Source: Lytechinus pictus (taxonomy: Eukaryota). From it: a DNA stretch of 64,000 nt. The translations under genes and the position numbers were made by a program. Below, piece by piece: positions 25,301 to 38,870 of the stretch (its first letter is position 1; each line of letters begins with the position of its first letter). Below the pieces are notes generated by a model. It was not told the DNA's origin. It saw nothing but the letters and a program-made list of their open reading frames with translations, and did no database searches. Location: NCBI RefSeq assembly GCF_037042905.1, contig NC_087258.1, positions 806,001 through 870,000 on the forward strand, read 5' to 3'.

Positions 25301-28300
25301 AAAATCAGTTTCTGCATTAATCAACTTACCAAGCATATATGGTGGAAGATGCGTAACTGCAAGATGGAGGGGAGATAAAGATGATGTAATATTTATATTT
25401 TTAAGTGCGATTGCAATATGGAATATGAATCAGAAGGCCTAGATTATCCCCACAGCATTTGTGAGTTTATACAAGAAATATGGTAATCACTTTATAGACA
25501 GCTTAACACCTAGATATTACAGTCCGAATACCAGCTTTTGTCTGTCTCCAGTGCTGCCGTTTGAAGTATAGGCTGAAAGACTCGAAATGACGGGTATTCA
25601 AAAGCAATTTCGGCGAATTCCGAAAACTTGCCAATTCAATTTCATCGAAAATGATAAAACTTGAGGGAGGTTTTATATAATATACTTTCAAACCATTGTA
25701 TCTATAGCTTTAGACCCGACAAATTCGATACGGTGAATTTAGTATCTGACGATAAAAAATACCTCTGACAAAACACTTTAAACAAATCGAGATTTTTCTG
25801 ATTGCGAAAAAAAAACAATCCATACCACTGCAATAGCGACCCGGAAGCTGTTTCTCATAGAGGTCATCGTAGCCAGAAGAACATCTACAGGTAAATTTTG
25901 CTGATCCTCTATCGATGCATTTGGCTGCTGGATCACAGTCGGATAAGTTAAGGAGACATTCATTGGCGGCTAAATGGTAAAATATAAACAGATATACAAA
26001 AACTATTTGAAATAGTTCAACTTTATAGAAATACTATAAGCAGAAGCAGGAGCAGCAGCCTTGATATGGTCATTATGGTATTACAGCAGGGTTCATGGTA
26101 GACTGACATTTCTACCATCCCCCCCCCCCCCCTCCTCTGTTTCTATTCGGTGAGAATTTACTCATAAATGTGCTGCACTAGATCCAAGTGATGTGAATAA
26201 GTAGGCCGACCTGGTGGAAATATTTCATTGAATGCACCCAACTCGGTAATCAATAGATAGTTCGCACCAAAGCCGGGTGAATAATAGTTGCGTTTGTATC
26301 ATCTAGAAAGCGTGCCTTGTTATTACAAGTATTATCATTATTATTTTGATCATTATCAATTATCATTATTATTATCAATTATTAATATTATAATTATCAT
26401 CATTATTATTGTTAGTATTACTATCATTTTCATTGTTATTAATCTCTTCATCAGTATCACTACTAACACTATCACTACTATTACTATTACCATTACTACT
26501 ATCAATACTTCTACTCCTACCCTCAGGAAATTATTGTCCTCAGAGCTCCACCCCCTCTACCGCGACCACCAGCACAAAATAAAGCAACACCTTCACCATC
26601 ATTAGCATCAACTGTAAAACAAGCTCAACTTACGTCCATATTCTACGATAGATGATGCAAGACTTATCTCTCGAGGAAATGTCCCGTTATTATTTACCAA
26701 GTAAACCAATGTCTCGTTCATAAGCATTGCCTCGTTGACGGAAGGTGACGTAAAGCTAACCATATATTCCACGATTATACTTCCGGGTCGGAAGTTAATG
26801 ATGTCACAATGGTAGAATGACGATGTATATTCAATGTATGTTTTATACGTAAGTTCCATCTGAAAAAAAAAGTGAGACATAACCATTCAGTAGTTTAAGC
26901 CAACATTGTTTTGTTAATCAACAGGCCTATCTACATTCTGCTCGTCTTACAATATAACAAAATATTACGTTAACTGGCTCACTACTGTAAGTTATTCAGA
27001 ACTCAGTCCTATACAAATTTGTTTTGGAACTCTTCCTAATTTCCTGACAAAATGTTTAAAAAGTTTGTACGGATGCTAAAAGGCCTGGGGAAAAAAAATC
27101 TAGCGTTAAACAAATAAAGAAGGTTCAATAACAACGTATGCCATCGGCATAAGCCTACACTAAATTCTTCGATATGCCCGGGAATTTTTTTTTAAAGGAA
27201 TCTATCCGCACCACATCAATATATGAAAATCTCCATAGCTTCAGCGATTGACGTTTCTTATTTCCTGTCAATAAAATGTATATGTAAAGATCTCGTTTAG
27301 CAATGACAAAAATGATATGGATGTATGATTAAGATGATACAGATGAAATCGTATGCATTGAGTCATATCTTTAGTTTTGGTTCTAGAAAAGATACAGGTG
27401 TTACTTTACATACCGCTTTACAAAATTCTGTCTCGAGCTCCTTGAAGTAAGTCGATGATGAGATGGTTAGTTCTGGTGTAAATATGGCCTCCCTTCCCTT
27501 AATCAAGACTATCTTAACGTCAGCCTTGAATGTGTATACCTCTTAGAGTAAGAAATAGAAGAATAAACATGAACACGAAATCTGTGTTGTTTTAGTTATA
27601 AAGAAAAATTATCGATAAATGTGGTTAAAAAACATTAATTTCTTCATCGGGTCTTGCCATTAGATATATTTTCCACTCTAAATCGATTTCTGCAAAACAA
27701 CACACTCATTATAATATTTTCTTTATTACCTAAGACTAGAAGATTTTTCACAAATATGTCATATTCTTCCAAATCTCCTATTGTCATGTTACTACTTTGT
27801 TTGATCAATGTTATTTTGGCCATTTCAAATAGCACATATTAACCAATCGCCGCGTTCTAAAACACAAAAATCCTGATCGTCATTAGTTCTTTTCAAAATA
27901 GATTTCATCAGTAACATCGAGCACAGAGAAACTTCATTAAATTATGTCAATAATGAAAAGAATACAATCTTTTTGTTATGAAACTCTTGATTTTATATCA
28001 AATTTAAAGTAATCATATACGACAATTCAAATATAGTTGAACTGTACCAAAGAAGCCTATTATGTCTTATAGGGACGCATAATGATTTCTTAAAAACTGG
28101 CGTCTAGAGAAAACCGTATTGCTTACACTACTTGGGAAGTCTCCAAAATTAATAAGATTTCTATTCTTGTTTTGTGTTGTTTCTTTGTTTTAACAGAAAA
28201 GATAAATAAGCCCAAAGACTACATGACCATCACTAACATGACTAATCTACGCACAGCATGAGTTAGCACGACACATAAAGCAAAGCAAAGGTAACAGCAC

Positions 28301-28429
28301 TGTATATTCGCTTACCACTGCAGACGTCATCCACCCGTTCATGGCCATCAATACATCTACAGGAGTAGCCTTCATCAGAATATATGCAAATTTCATTCGC
28401 TCCTTGGCATTTCACATCACACCAAGATT
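22361..28429 (-). CDS. Transmembrane mucin gene, 3' exons: EGF - SEA - EGF - TM - cytoplasmic tail
   Basis: Phase-consistent GT-AG exons: 28429-28316 (EGF, WCDVKCQGANEICIYSDEGYSCRCIDGHERVDDVCS); 27541-27414 and 26859-26634 (SEA with FRPG|SIIV); 25969-25826 (EGF, NECLLNLSDCDPAAKCID...TCRCSSGY...PGRYC); 25356-25330 (27-nt microexon); 24832-24644 or 24602 (TM VVIILGTIVIIIFIVLLALC then RRMRGRR); 24103-23907; 22468-22361. The terminal exon is unresolved. Confidence 0.85.
23187..23773. mobile_element. Kolobok/T2-like MITE (uninterrupted copy of the family that hosts the Polinton)
   Basis: AGGTCAAGTCCACCCC...GGGGTGGACTTGTCCT-TTAA with long imperfect TIRs. Confidence 0.8.
26325..26520. repeat. Degenerate (ATT/ATC/ACT)n microsatellite, probably a SINE tail
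   Basis: Trinucleotide runs following a SINE-like segment at about 26150-26325. Confidence 0.7.
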
Positions 28430-28763
28430 CTACAGAATTGCAAATTTTATACGATTAATTACAAAATGTCATATTACCAATATTATGAATTACAGAAAAT
28501 GCATATATTTAAACTTAAATTGAGCATTGAATATCAATTGAGCATATCTGTTCATACCCTATAGAAGCAGTAAAGGAGATCATCAATGTGGCCATAGTCA
28601 TGTCTACATTTTTCATCGCTTCGATCTTATTCTTCATCTATCCAAAAAATACGTGTTTATGCTTGAAAATTCTTCATCATAATTCTGCAGTATCTTGTTT
28701 TTGTATCAGATGTGCATGATAAAAAAAAACTACGAGAAACTAAAAAATAGAAAAAGAACTTAC

Positions 28764-31700
28764 TTCTGGTAATTGTGGGTGAATCGGATTTCAGATCAGT
28801 TGGCGCAAATGAAGTATCTCTAGTGGAAGGTAGTCTTGAAGGTGCAGTCGTGGTGGTTTTGAAGCCTGCTTCCGTTGTACTTCCAGACGGTGTGGTTGTA
28901 TAAAATCCAAAGGCAGGTGATGTTGAAACGGGTCTTGTTGTCGCTGGAAATTTCGGGGAGGATGTAGACATTACAGTCGTTGATGCATATGTGCTTGCTT
29001 CGACTGTGGTAATTCTTTGAGGTTTTACTGTATCTTCACTCACGGTGTGTATTTCTTGAGTAATTGGGGCAACAGTTATACCCTCAGTGGATAATGTATT
29101 CGGATATGTTCTAGCTTCTGGTGTGGATGTACTTGTTGCCTCCTCGTCACCGCTGGGTTTATCGGTGCGGACCTCGGATGTGTGAACAACAGGAGTTTCC
29201 TGAGATGAAGATATTTCAGCTCTCGTTGGTGTCGTAGTAAGAGGAGCCATTATATTAGTGGGCGTTGTGTTAATTGAAGAAGCTGTCATAATATCCTCAG
29301 TTGAAATAATCACGGTTGTCACCCCTTCTGTTATTTCTTCTTTTACAATACGGGTTATAATATCAGATACATCAGAAAATGAAGGAATCGCTCTTCCTTC
29401 CGTTAGGGTGAATGGATTCTCCGTGGGTGCTGCTGTGGTAATTTCAATGCCATGCCAAGATTCTATAGTTATGTCCTCGCCACTATCGTATGTGATGTCC
29501 CCTGTAGCTGTGTCTATTGTAGGCCTAACAGATATTAATTCATCTGAAACAGACAGACTAAGAATAGTTGGTGACTGTGGCGTAACTGAAACAGCTGTAC
29601 TTCCTTGTGTTGGAGCGGTGGATTCGGTTTTGGTGACGATAGTTTCCGCTTCAGAAAGTGCTGAAGTCGTTTTCCCATCTGTTTTTTCCTCAGTTGTTCG
29701 CAATGTGGAGAATGGATTATCAGTGTGTGTCGCTAAAGTAATGCCAGTGCCATGCCACGATTCTGTAGTCATTTCGTCACCTAAATCGTCGATGATGTGC
29801 CCTGTTATGTCTAACGTAACAGATATTAATTCATCTGAAACAGACGGACTAAAAATAGTTGGAGACTGTGGCGTAACTGGATCTGTTGAACTTCGTTGTG
29901 TTGGATCGGTGGGCTCGGTTTTAATGACGACGGTTTCCGCTTGAGAAAACATTGGAGTCGTTTTTCCTTCTGCAAATTCTGCAGTTGAATGTAAATTCTC
30001 ACCAGAAGTCGGTGGTCTGGTTTTAAACATCGTACTATATGAACTGGCAAAGTCTGAAATAAGACCTTCGGGTGCTTGATCTGTACTCATTGTTTCTGGT
30101 GTGTCCTTCCCTATTGTGGCAAGTGTAGAGGGACTTTGTGGATAAACAATGGTAGTCATGAAATCGGTTCTACCCAATTCAGGTTTGAATGTCGTGTCAA
30201 ATTCAAATGTTGTTTCTACTGTCTCAGACGATACAATAAAAGGGTCGTTAGCGGTTACTTCCCGAGACGTAATTCTATCAATTTTTTTGGTTACCCTGTC
30301 TGACTGACGAACCATTCTTGTTGTTGATATTTCTTTCTGTAGCATATCAGGGTCTTCTAGGGTCACTATAGCCGTTTCAAATTCAATAGTGACTGTTGAA
30401 TCAATAAGATTTGTTGAGGCGTTTGATATCGGCTCTGTATCACCCCTTTCTGTAAGTAAAATGTCTGTTCTAGAGTCATCCTCGGAAATAGTGGTTACAT
30501 CGTAAGTTGGGCGAGTTGATTTTAACATACGTTCACTTACCATACTAGCATTTGTCGAAATGCTTGGTGCCTCGCTTAAAATGCTAGACACAAGTTCTGA
30601 TATAACAATAGTTCCTGTTCCCTTTTGGGAAATATCCGTGGTCTCTGGATGATGTTCAGTGATTCCGGAAGTCGACTTCTGCTCATAGGTCACTTCTATG
30701 TCATCGTATTCTTTGTAAGTCGGTGTTCTGACTTCATCTGTTACTATTCGCACAGATGTTGCATCATCCACGAGTGCAGAAAACTCAGAAACATCAGATG
30801 TTATTGCATCCATTGAGTCAATGACGGTGACATCTTCTGTCGCCATCGATGATGTTGCTTCAGCTGCGTCTTCACTTCTGATTTTTCCAGTTAAAGTAGT
30901 CTGATCTGTCTCTAGCGTGAATGTGATACTATCCTTTCTATCTAAAGCCGTCGAATCATCATGTGCAGTGAGTATAAACTGCTTATCAGTGGCTACAACA
31001 GTTGTGTCTGTCTCTGTTGGAGCTGGTGTTTGGCCTATGTCCCTCGACGATTCTTTTCCTTCAATACTGTACGTAATGGTTTCAGTGTACCACTCGTCTT
31101 CTGTTACGCTTCTGTCGGTAGGCGTTCCAATTGGGAAGGTATGTTCAGGATATTGTTTCTTGGTATGTCCTACTGTTCTCTCTAAAATAGAAGCCAAATC
31201 GTGTGTGATAGAGAGGGTAGAGTATGTTGTATCAGTCATCTCAAATGGCTTGTATGTGGCTGTGCTTTCAAAGTCCATATCTTGGGAAATTTCTTTTTCC
31301 GTTTCAGTTATTTCGAGACTGTCACTGACAATATCTGACTTTTCCGTAACTACCGACTCGAATTTAAATGTGGGTAAATCAATACCCGTGTTTGTAGATG
31401 ATTTGGAGGGCAAAGGCGTTGTTGTATCCCATGGATTTAAGCCATCTGATTCGCGTGTCATGATGATCTGGGTAGAGATACCTGTTATGATTTCAGTAGT
31501 TAAGTCTCCATCTCCCTCCAATGTTGGTGTATCGGAGATTTCTGTCAATATCCCCTCTGTCTTAGCGCCAGGTTTTCCCTTAGTAGTAGGCATTGATACA
31601 GGTGTTTCTGTTCCTAGAAAACTAGATTTCATATCAGAGGATTGGTCAGTGCTCTTCGGATATCCGTCGATTGCAGTTGAAATGCTTTCAGTTGGGATTT

Positions 31701-34700
31701 CCGTTTCCACTCCGACAGTAATCATATCGATGGATTCTTTTACTTGTTGTCTCGTATCATTAAAAGTTATTCTAGTAGTCATTAAGTCTGTGACAATGTC
31801 AGAAAGTTTTGTGCCTTGCATTATTATTGATCCATCCGTAGTTCGTTGCTGGATATCTAATTCAGTCGATATATAGGTTGGTCCGTCAGAGCCAATGACA
31901 ACATCTGTTGCTTCCTGTACTCTTCCGGTTATTGTAGAGGAAGGCATATCCATCCCAGTCTGCGTTGGTGATTTAGAAAGGGGTGTTGTTGGGTCGACGA
32001 CTTCAGTGTTTTTTACAATATCACCTATTATTGTGATATCAGATCTACTGGAAGATAAAATATGTGTCGAAAAACCAGTTACAAAGGTTGTGACTATTTC
32101 TGTTCTTACTGTATCATCTTTCTGGGTGGTTGCTTTCTCTGTCTTTGTGTTTTGATATTCCTCACTACGAATTATTGTGGTAGCTTGTTCTGTTCTTAGA
32201 AATTGGGATGTCCCTTCTTGGGATTGGTCGGTGCTCCTCGGATCACCAACGATTGCAGTGGACGTAATTTTAGTTGTAGGTAATGTGGAAGATGGTGTAA
32301 GGGATTGGACTTCCGTTACAATAAATGTTTGATATTCAGTGTCCCAATCAGTTCCAAGACTCAATTCGCTTTCTGTTTTACTTTGAATTGTTGTCCCCCT
32401 TTCCCCTATATTATCTCTGATGGTACCATCAACTGAATCTTTGGTTGGTTGACTAGTTTGATCTAAAACAACGCTCACAAACTCAGTGACAACGTCAGTA
32501 GGAAGAGTGATTTCTTGTATTCCCAATGCCTCATCTGTAGTTGTTTGTTGCGAGTCCATTTCAGTCGATAAGAGTTCTTGAATATGAGTTGCTCTGGCAA
32601 CATCAGTGACAATGGTTTTAGGTGATGTGGAAGATGGCTTTGGAGATTGGACGTCTGTTACACTATATGTTTGCAATTCAGTGTCCCATTCAGTCCCTAG
32701 ACTTAATTCGCTTTCTGTTTTACTTTGGATAGTTGTCCCACTTTGTCCTATATTATCTCCGATGGTACCATCAACTGGTGAATCTTTAGTCGGTTGACTA
32801 GTTTGAACTAAAACAATGCTCAAAAACTCAGTGACAACGTCAGTAGGAAATGTGATGTCTTGTATTCCCAATGCATCATCTGTATTTATTTGTTGCGAGT
32901 CCATTTCAGTCGATAAGAGTTCTTGAATATGAGTTGCTCTGGCAACATCAGTGACAATGGTTTTAGGTAATGTGGAAGATGGCTTTGGAGATTGGACGTC
33001 TGTTACAGTATATGTTTGATATTCAGTGTCCCAATCAGTCCTTAGACTTAATTCGCTTTCTGTTTTACTATGGATAGTTGTCCCCTTTTCTGCTATACTA
33101 TCTCCGATGGTACCATCAAATGGTGAATCTTTGGTCGGTTGACTAGTTTGATCTAAAACAATGCTCACAAACTCAGTGACAACGTCAGTAGGAAGTGTGA
33201 TGTCTTTTATTCCGAATGCGTCATCTGTAGTTATTTGTTGTGAGTCCATTTCAGTCGATACGAGTTCTTGAATATGAGTTGGTCTGGCAATATCATTGAC
33301 AACGGTTTTAGGTGATGTGGAAGATGGCTTTGGAGATTGGACGTCTGTTACAGTATATGTTTGATATTCAGTGTCCCAATTAGTTCCAAGACTCAATTCG
33401 CTTTCTGTTTTACTTTGAATTGTTGTCCCCCTTTCCCCTATATTATGTCCGATGGTACCATCAACTGGTGAATCTTTGGTTGGTTGACTAGTTTGATCTG
33501 AAACAGCGCTCACAAACTCAGTGACAACGTCAGTAGGAAGATTGATGTCTTGTATTCCCAATGCCTCATCTGTAGTTGTTTGTTGCGAGTCCATTTCAGT
33601 CGATAAGAGTTCTTGAATATGAGTTGCTCTGGCAACATCAGTGACAATGGTTTTAGGTGATGTGGAAGATGGCTTTGGAGATTGGACGTCTGTTACAGTA
33701 TATGTTTGATATTCAGTGTCCCAATCAGTTCCAAGACTCAATTTGCTTTCTGTTTTACTTTGAATTGTTGTCCCCCTTTCCCCTATATTATGTCCGATGG
33801 TACCATCAACTGAATCTTTGGTTGGTTGACTAGTTTGATCTGAAACAACGCTCACAACCTCAGTGACAACGTCAGTAGGAAGAGTGATGTCTTGTATTCC
33901 CAATGCCTCATCTGTAGTTGTTTGTTGCGAGTCCATTTCAGTCGATAAGAGTTCTTGAATATGAGTTGCTCTGGCAACATCAGTGACAATGGTTTTAGGT
34001 GATGTGGAAGATGACTTTGGAGATTGGACGTCTGTTACAGTATATGTTTGATATTCAGTATCCCAATCAGTTCCCAGACTTAATTTGCTTTCTGTTTTAC
34101 TATGGATAGTTGTCCCCCTTTCTGCTTTAATATATCCGATGGTACCATGAACTGAATCTTCGGTCGGTTGACTAGTTTGATCTGAAACAATGCTCACAAA
34201 CTCAGTGACAACGTCAGTAGGAACTGTGATGTCTTGTATTCCCAGTGCTTCATCTGTATTTATTTGTTGTGAGTCCATTTCAGTCGATATGAATTCTTGA
34301 ATATAAGTTCGTCTTGTAATTTCTGTGACGATATCTGTCGTCCCTCGTATTGATCCAATTGGTATAGATGATGACCGTTCCGGCCAAACTCCCGTTGTTA
34401 ATTCAGAAATGAAAGCCGTTTTTTCATCAAATTCTACGTCTGTCACTTTAATATCCACCGAGCTTGAATCATCTGATATGCTCGACATCAGAATATGGGT
34501 TGAGACGCCAGTACAATTTTCGGTGGCTAAAGTCGTATGAGGTCCCGATCTAAGTGTAATTTGTGGTACAGTCGCTACCTGTTGTGCATTAGCTCTTACA
34601 CCATCCTCACTATTAAGCATCTCAGTAGCTTGTTCTGTTCTTAGAAATGAAGATAAAAGATCTAGGGATTGGTCAGTGCTCCTCAGATCACCATCGGTTG

Positions 34701-35300
34701 CAGTGGACATGATTTTTGATGTAGGTGATGTGGAAGATGGTGTTTGGGATTGGACTTCCATTACAGTATATGTTTGATATTCAGTGTCCCAATCAGTTCC
34801 AAGACTTAATTCGCTTTCTGTTTTACTTTGGATAGTTGTCCCTCTTTCTCCTATATTATCTCCGATGGTACCATCAACTGATGAATCTTTGGTTGGTTGA
34901 CTAGTTTGATCTGAAACAATGCTCACAAACTTAGTGACAACGTCAGTAGGATGTGCGGTGTCTTGTATTCCCAATGATTCACGTGTGGTTATTTGTTGCG
35001 AGTCCATTTCAGTCGATAAGACTTCTTGAATATGAGTTGATCTGGCAATATCAGTGACGATAGTTGTAGGTGATGTGGAAGGTCTCGTTTGAGAATGGAC
35101 TTCTGTTACAGTATATGTTTGAAATCCAGTATTCAATTCAGTTTCTAGACTTGATTCACCTTTTGTGTTACTTGGTATAGTTGTCCCCCTTTCTGCTTTC
35201 ATAACTCCGATGGTACCATGAACTGAATCTTTGGTTGGTTGACTAGTTTGATCTGAAACAATGCTCACAAACTCAGTGACAATGTCAGTTTGTTCTTCTT
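28764..35300 (-). CDS. Transmembrane mucin gene, giant 6537-nt Thr/Ser/Glu/Asp-rich repeat exon
   Basis: Stop-free ORF of 2238 aa. Acceptor TTTTTTGCAG at 35301 and donor A|GTAAGT at 28763, both phase 1. Eight copies of a 114-115-aa repeat (342-345-nt spacing). Confidence 0.9.
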
Positions 35301-36234
35301 CTGCAAAAAAATCAAATGAATAAACTGTTTCAGTACTCGTGGTACACGTAAACGGGGATACGATAAATACCAATAAAGATTCAGTGCTCCTGTTTAATAA
35401 TGAACATTACCATTGGCAAGTCAGTTAATAACATGAAATCAATTATTTTTATTATTGAGATGGAAGATAATTGTCGGTGCGTCTCTAATTTTAATTGATG
35501 ACATCTTCCCAAATTGTACGAGATTCAGGAAATCAAATCCTGAATCTGATTGTGAGGTTTATCAAACTTTTGCTCCCGAAATGATTTATTTTTTTCTTCT
35601 TCTTTTTTGCAAAGTACAGTACATTCGAATCGCGGAGAATCGGAAGATATTTGATTTTTGTAAGGGGATATGATTAATCAAATCACAACAGCAGAATATC
35701 AGCCATATTAAAAATAGGGTTTGAGCGGCGGCATATACTAAATTATCCTTGGGTTGGAAATAATAATGACAACTTTCAAAGAGTTTACAGGTTTGTTATT
35801 TTCTTGAAGATGTTATACCTTGCTTACAGATTGACAATCCAGCGGTTGTCTTTTTTTTAATCATATTTGCCTGACCCCATGCCGATGCAAAAATAAAATC
35901 CCATGCCACTTCAAATCACGCAGAGCCCGATTCGCAATTTCCGTTGTTAAATGACTGAAAATCAAATCTCTGTTATTATCATACTTCTTTGTCCTACAAA
36001 CTATCCCTTCTTTGCCCCTCCCCCTTCTCTCTCTCTCTCTCTCTCTCTTTCTCTTTCATTCTGCTCTGCAGTCTTAAATGTCACTTCTGTTTCATTATTA
36101 CATGATTCATGCACTTCCTTTCAAATGATTTCTAAATTAAAATGAGAAAAGCTCTTGCGAGTTTTATCATTAGTTCTTTTTTTACAGCGCACTTAAAGAT
36201 GATGAACATGCAATACAAAAATTGAAATTCCTAC

Positions 36235-36387
36235 CGAAGCATTCAAAAGAAGGTTCCCATGTTCCATCGCGGCATGTGGCGGTTTCTAGTGGAGGTTGTG
36301 TGGTTTGGTTTGTGCAGTAGAAAGTTACATTATCCCCATCACTGTAGTTCCCCAATGGTGTGGCAAGATGCGGAGATGAACAGCCAG
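36235..36387 (-). CDS. Transmembrane mucin gene, Sushi/CCP exon
   Basis: GCSSPHLATPLGNYSDGDNVTFYCTNQTTQPPLETATCRDGTWEPSFECF, 153 nt, with phase 1-1 GT-AG boundaries. Confidence 0.85.
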
Positions 36388-36635
36388 CTGGCAGGATAAA
36401 ATAATGATCATTTGATGAAGACATATTGTGATTCACAAAATCAAATTTACATATTCATCACTTAAGATAAATCCTAATTACTCATTCTGAATATTAAAAA
36501 TATGAAGATGGAGTGCGTTTATGTTTACCTGCTCATGTATGTACAAGGGGCCATTAATTATTTTTCCTCTGGTCGATTTATTCACCATGGAAAATCATTT
36601 CATCGACTTGATAATTAGTTTACCATTATTTGGAA

Positions 36636-36796
36636 CTCAGTCACATTTACTCTACGGCGGCCGTATGGCGAGTTGAAAACAGCCGTTTTATTCATTTATA
36701 TTCAAACCACCTACATTTGTTTCTGGTACAAAAAAAAAGATTAAAACGGCTGATTTTTACTCGCCGTATGGCCACCGTAGAGCAAATTTGACTGAG
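36636..36796. mobile_element. Short palindromic MITE
   Basis: CTCAGTCACATTTACTCTACGGCGGCC.TA.GGCGAGT ... ACTCGCCGTATGGCCACCGTAGAGCAAATTTGACTGAG. Confidence 0.65.
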
Positions 36797-37737
36797 GTAT
36801 AACTCAAATCTATTCGATCTTTCTAGGTTAGGAGGAAACTTAATCTGCTTTGTAGGTATACCTCAGACATCCAGTTGTGACGGGACACAATAGATTTCAC
36901 CTTTAGCCTGGAAAATCTCAATAGGACCCTGTTTTTACAATAACATTTCAATCGTCCTTCAATCAAGCCAAAGTGTCGTAGTCTCTTTCTGCTAAAGCAT
37001 CTCACAATACAATTTTGTGGCAGAGTACAGATGTCGATTCAAACATTACTTTCCTTCATCCGATATGATGAAGCTTATATAAAGTAATGAATAAGCCTCC
37101 AAAGTTCACTAAAAAAACTATGAAATTTACAAACCACCGTATATGTTTAAATATTTCATTTCTTTCTATTTAGCATGCATAGACAACCATGTATATATTT
37201 TAATTACTTTTTTTTAGATTTTGATTTATCAATATTTGTTAATTGAATATTGTTTGAATTGTTACTTCCAATTTGAAAGTGTATGCTTGATTAATTTGTA
37301 TATTGATTTATGTAATTTTTCTTGTATTCAAATTTTATATTTGTATGTAAAAAAAGTGAATATATGAATTGAAATAAATAAAATTCAATTAAAAAACCAC
37401 ATCGTCAACAAATCAGTGAAACTGTGGTGATGTTTTTGATTGTTTATATTTTCGGCCCGGCAAACAGGCTACATTATGTATATTATTTTAGATTTCGGCA
37501 TAAATGTATAATTAAAAAATTTTGGGGAAAGCAAATTTGGCTAATATTATTGAAAGTTGAAAAATTATTAATAAACAAAATAACAATCCATTGTCCATGA
37601 AGACTCATCGAGACGAATGACATTTAATCAGCAATTATGTTTAGAATATGTTTAGAGTCATTTAATATATCGTAAAACCATAATAATTTCCTTGCAAATT
37701 CAAAACTATCGCTTAAAACGATACCCCTCGTTATTAT

Positions 37738-37975
37738 TCGGTGTGTTGGCTCACAACCCCCCTCACAACCGGGGGGTCGGTGGTTCAAACCCCGGCCGCG
37801 TCATACCAAAAGAAGTTAAAAGATGGGAGTTGCTGCTACCCTGTTTGACGTTCAATGATTTAAGGGATAGAGCAACGTCGATCTGGAGCTGCACATTGGC
37901 TGCCAGGCCCATGATCAATTGGACAAAAAGAATTTAAGGTATTTCTATTTCAGAATTTATTTCGAACAATAAAAC
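37738..37975 (+). mobile_element. tRNA-derived SINE
   Basis: B-box-like GGTTCAAACCC head followed by a non-tRNA body (GGCCGCGTCATACCAAAAGA...). Confidence 0.55.
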
Positions 37976-38107
37976 ATGGATAAGCTTTGACGTTAACTTG
38001 AACTTGTAGCAATAATGGTAATTTAGATTTATGTGCTCAATCGATTTATGCATTAGAATGCAAGCTAGCCAGTGTAGCGAAAATATTTAGTTAGTTTAAA
38101 CTACACT

Positions 38108-38495
38108 ATTATTATTAGTAGTAGTAGTAGTAGTATTTGTTTGTCGTCACCTGTGCCTGGAAGGCGAAAAGCGAACTGAATCACTATGACCCGCAGGTCT
38201 CTCCTCCCGATATAACTCATTGGGGGAGTGCAGGTGGACAACTACACCGGGGTTTCCCCCTACTCTTATACGAATAGTGCAGTGGGTTCTTAACGTGCAA
38301 AGGTGGTGACTCTCCTCTACACGGGGCCTCCATTTAACGTCCTATCCGAGGGACGGAGTGTTTTCCACTGTAACATAGCCTGCATGTATGAAACATGGGA
38401 GAGACGTTTAAACACAACGCACTGGCTTCAGTCATCCGCCCGGGGTGGACTCGAACCCACGATCTTTGGTTACCGACTGAGCCAACAACGCTCTC
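38108..38495 (-). mobile_element. tRNA-derived SINE with a MetaSINE-like core and (TAC)n tail
   Basis: Minus strand: B box GGTTCGAGTCC, core CCCTCGGATAGGACGTTAAA.GGAGGCCCCGT...CGTTAAGAACCCACTGCACTATTCGTATAAGAGTAGGGG, then a trinucleotide tail. The MetaSINE assignment is from recall. Confidence 0.7.
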
Positions 38496-38591
38496 GACCT
38501 TCAAAATGTAGCTTCATCCCATCATCCCGACCACCCCCAGCCCCTTCTCGCTACGGATATAAACCACTTTATTGAGTGTTATGTAACGTAA

Positions 38592-38870
38592 AGGTCAAGT
38601 CCACCCCGAAAAAATGTTGATCTGAATAGATAAATCAAACTAGCATAACGCTGAAAATTTCATTGAAATCGGATGTAAAATAAGAAATTTATGACATTCT
38701 AAAGTTTCGCTTATTTTTCACAAAACAGTGATATGCACGATTCAGTGACATGCAAATGAGAGAGTCGATGATGTCCTTCACTCACTTTTTATTTAGTTTT
38801 TTATTGTTTGAATTATACAATATTTCATTTTTAACATATTTGACAATAAGGACCAACTTGATTGAACCAT
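38592..38870. mobile_element. Left half of the Kolobok/T2-like MITE interrupted by the Polinton
   Basis: AGGTCAAGTCCACCCC start, co-linear with 23187-23460 up to GACAATAAGGACCAACTTGATTGAACCAT. Confidence 0.85.

Noticed and set aside
26288-26605. Ile/Thr-rich ORF
   Set aside because: Translated trinucleotide microsatellite.
29258-34540. Plus-strand Val/Ser-rich ORFs (29258, 30917, 31895, 32606, 34325)
   Set aside because: Antisense shadows of the Thr-rich mucin exon.
38270-38360. Ribozyme-like structured RNA
   Set aside because: Explained as a conserved SINE core. No CTGANGA/GAAA hammerhead core in the right geometry.
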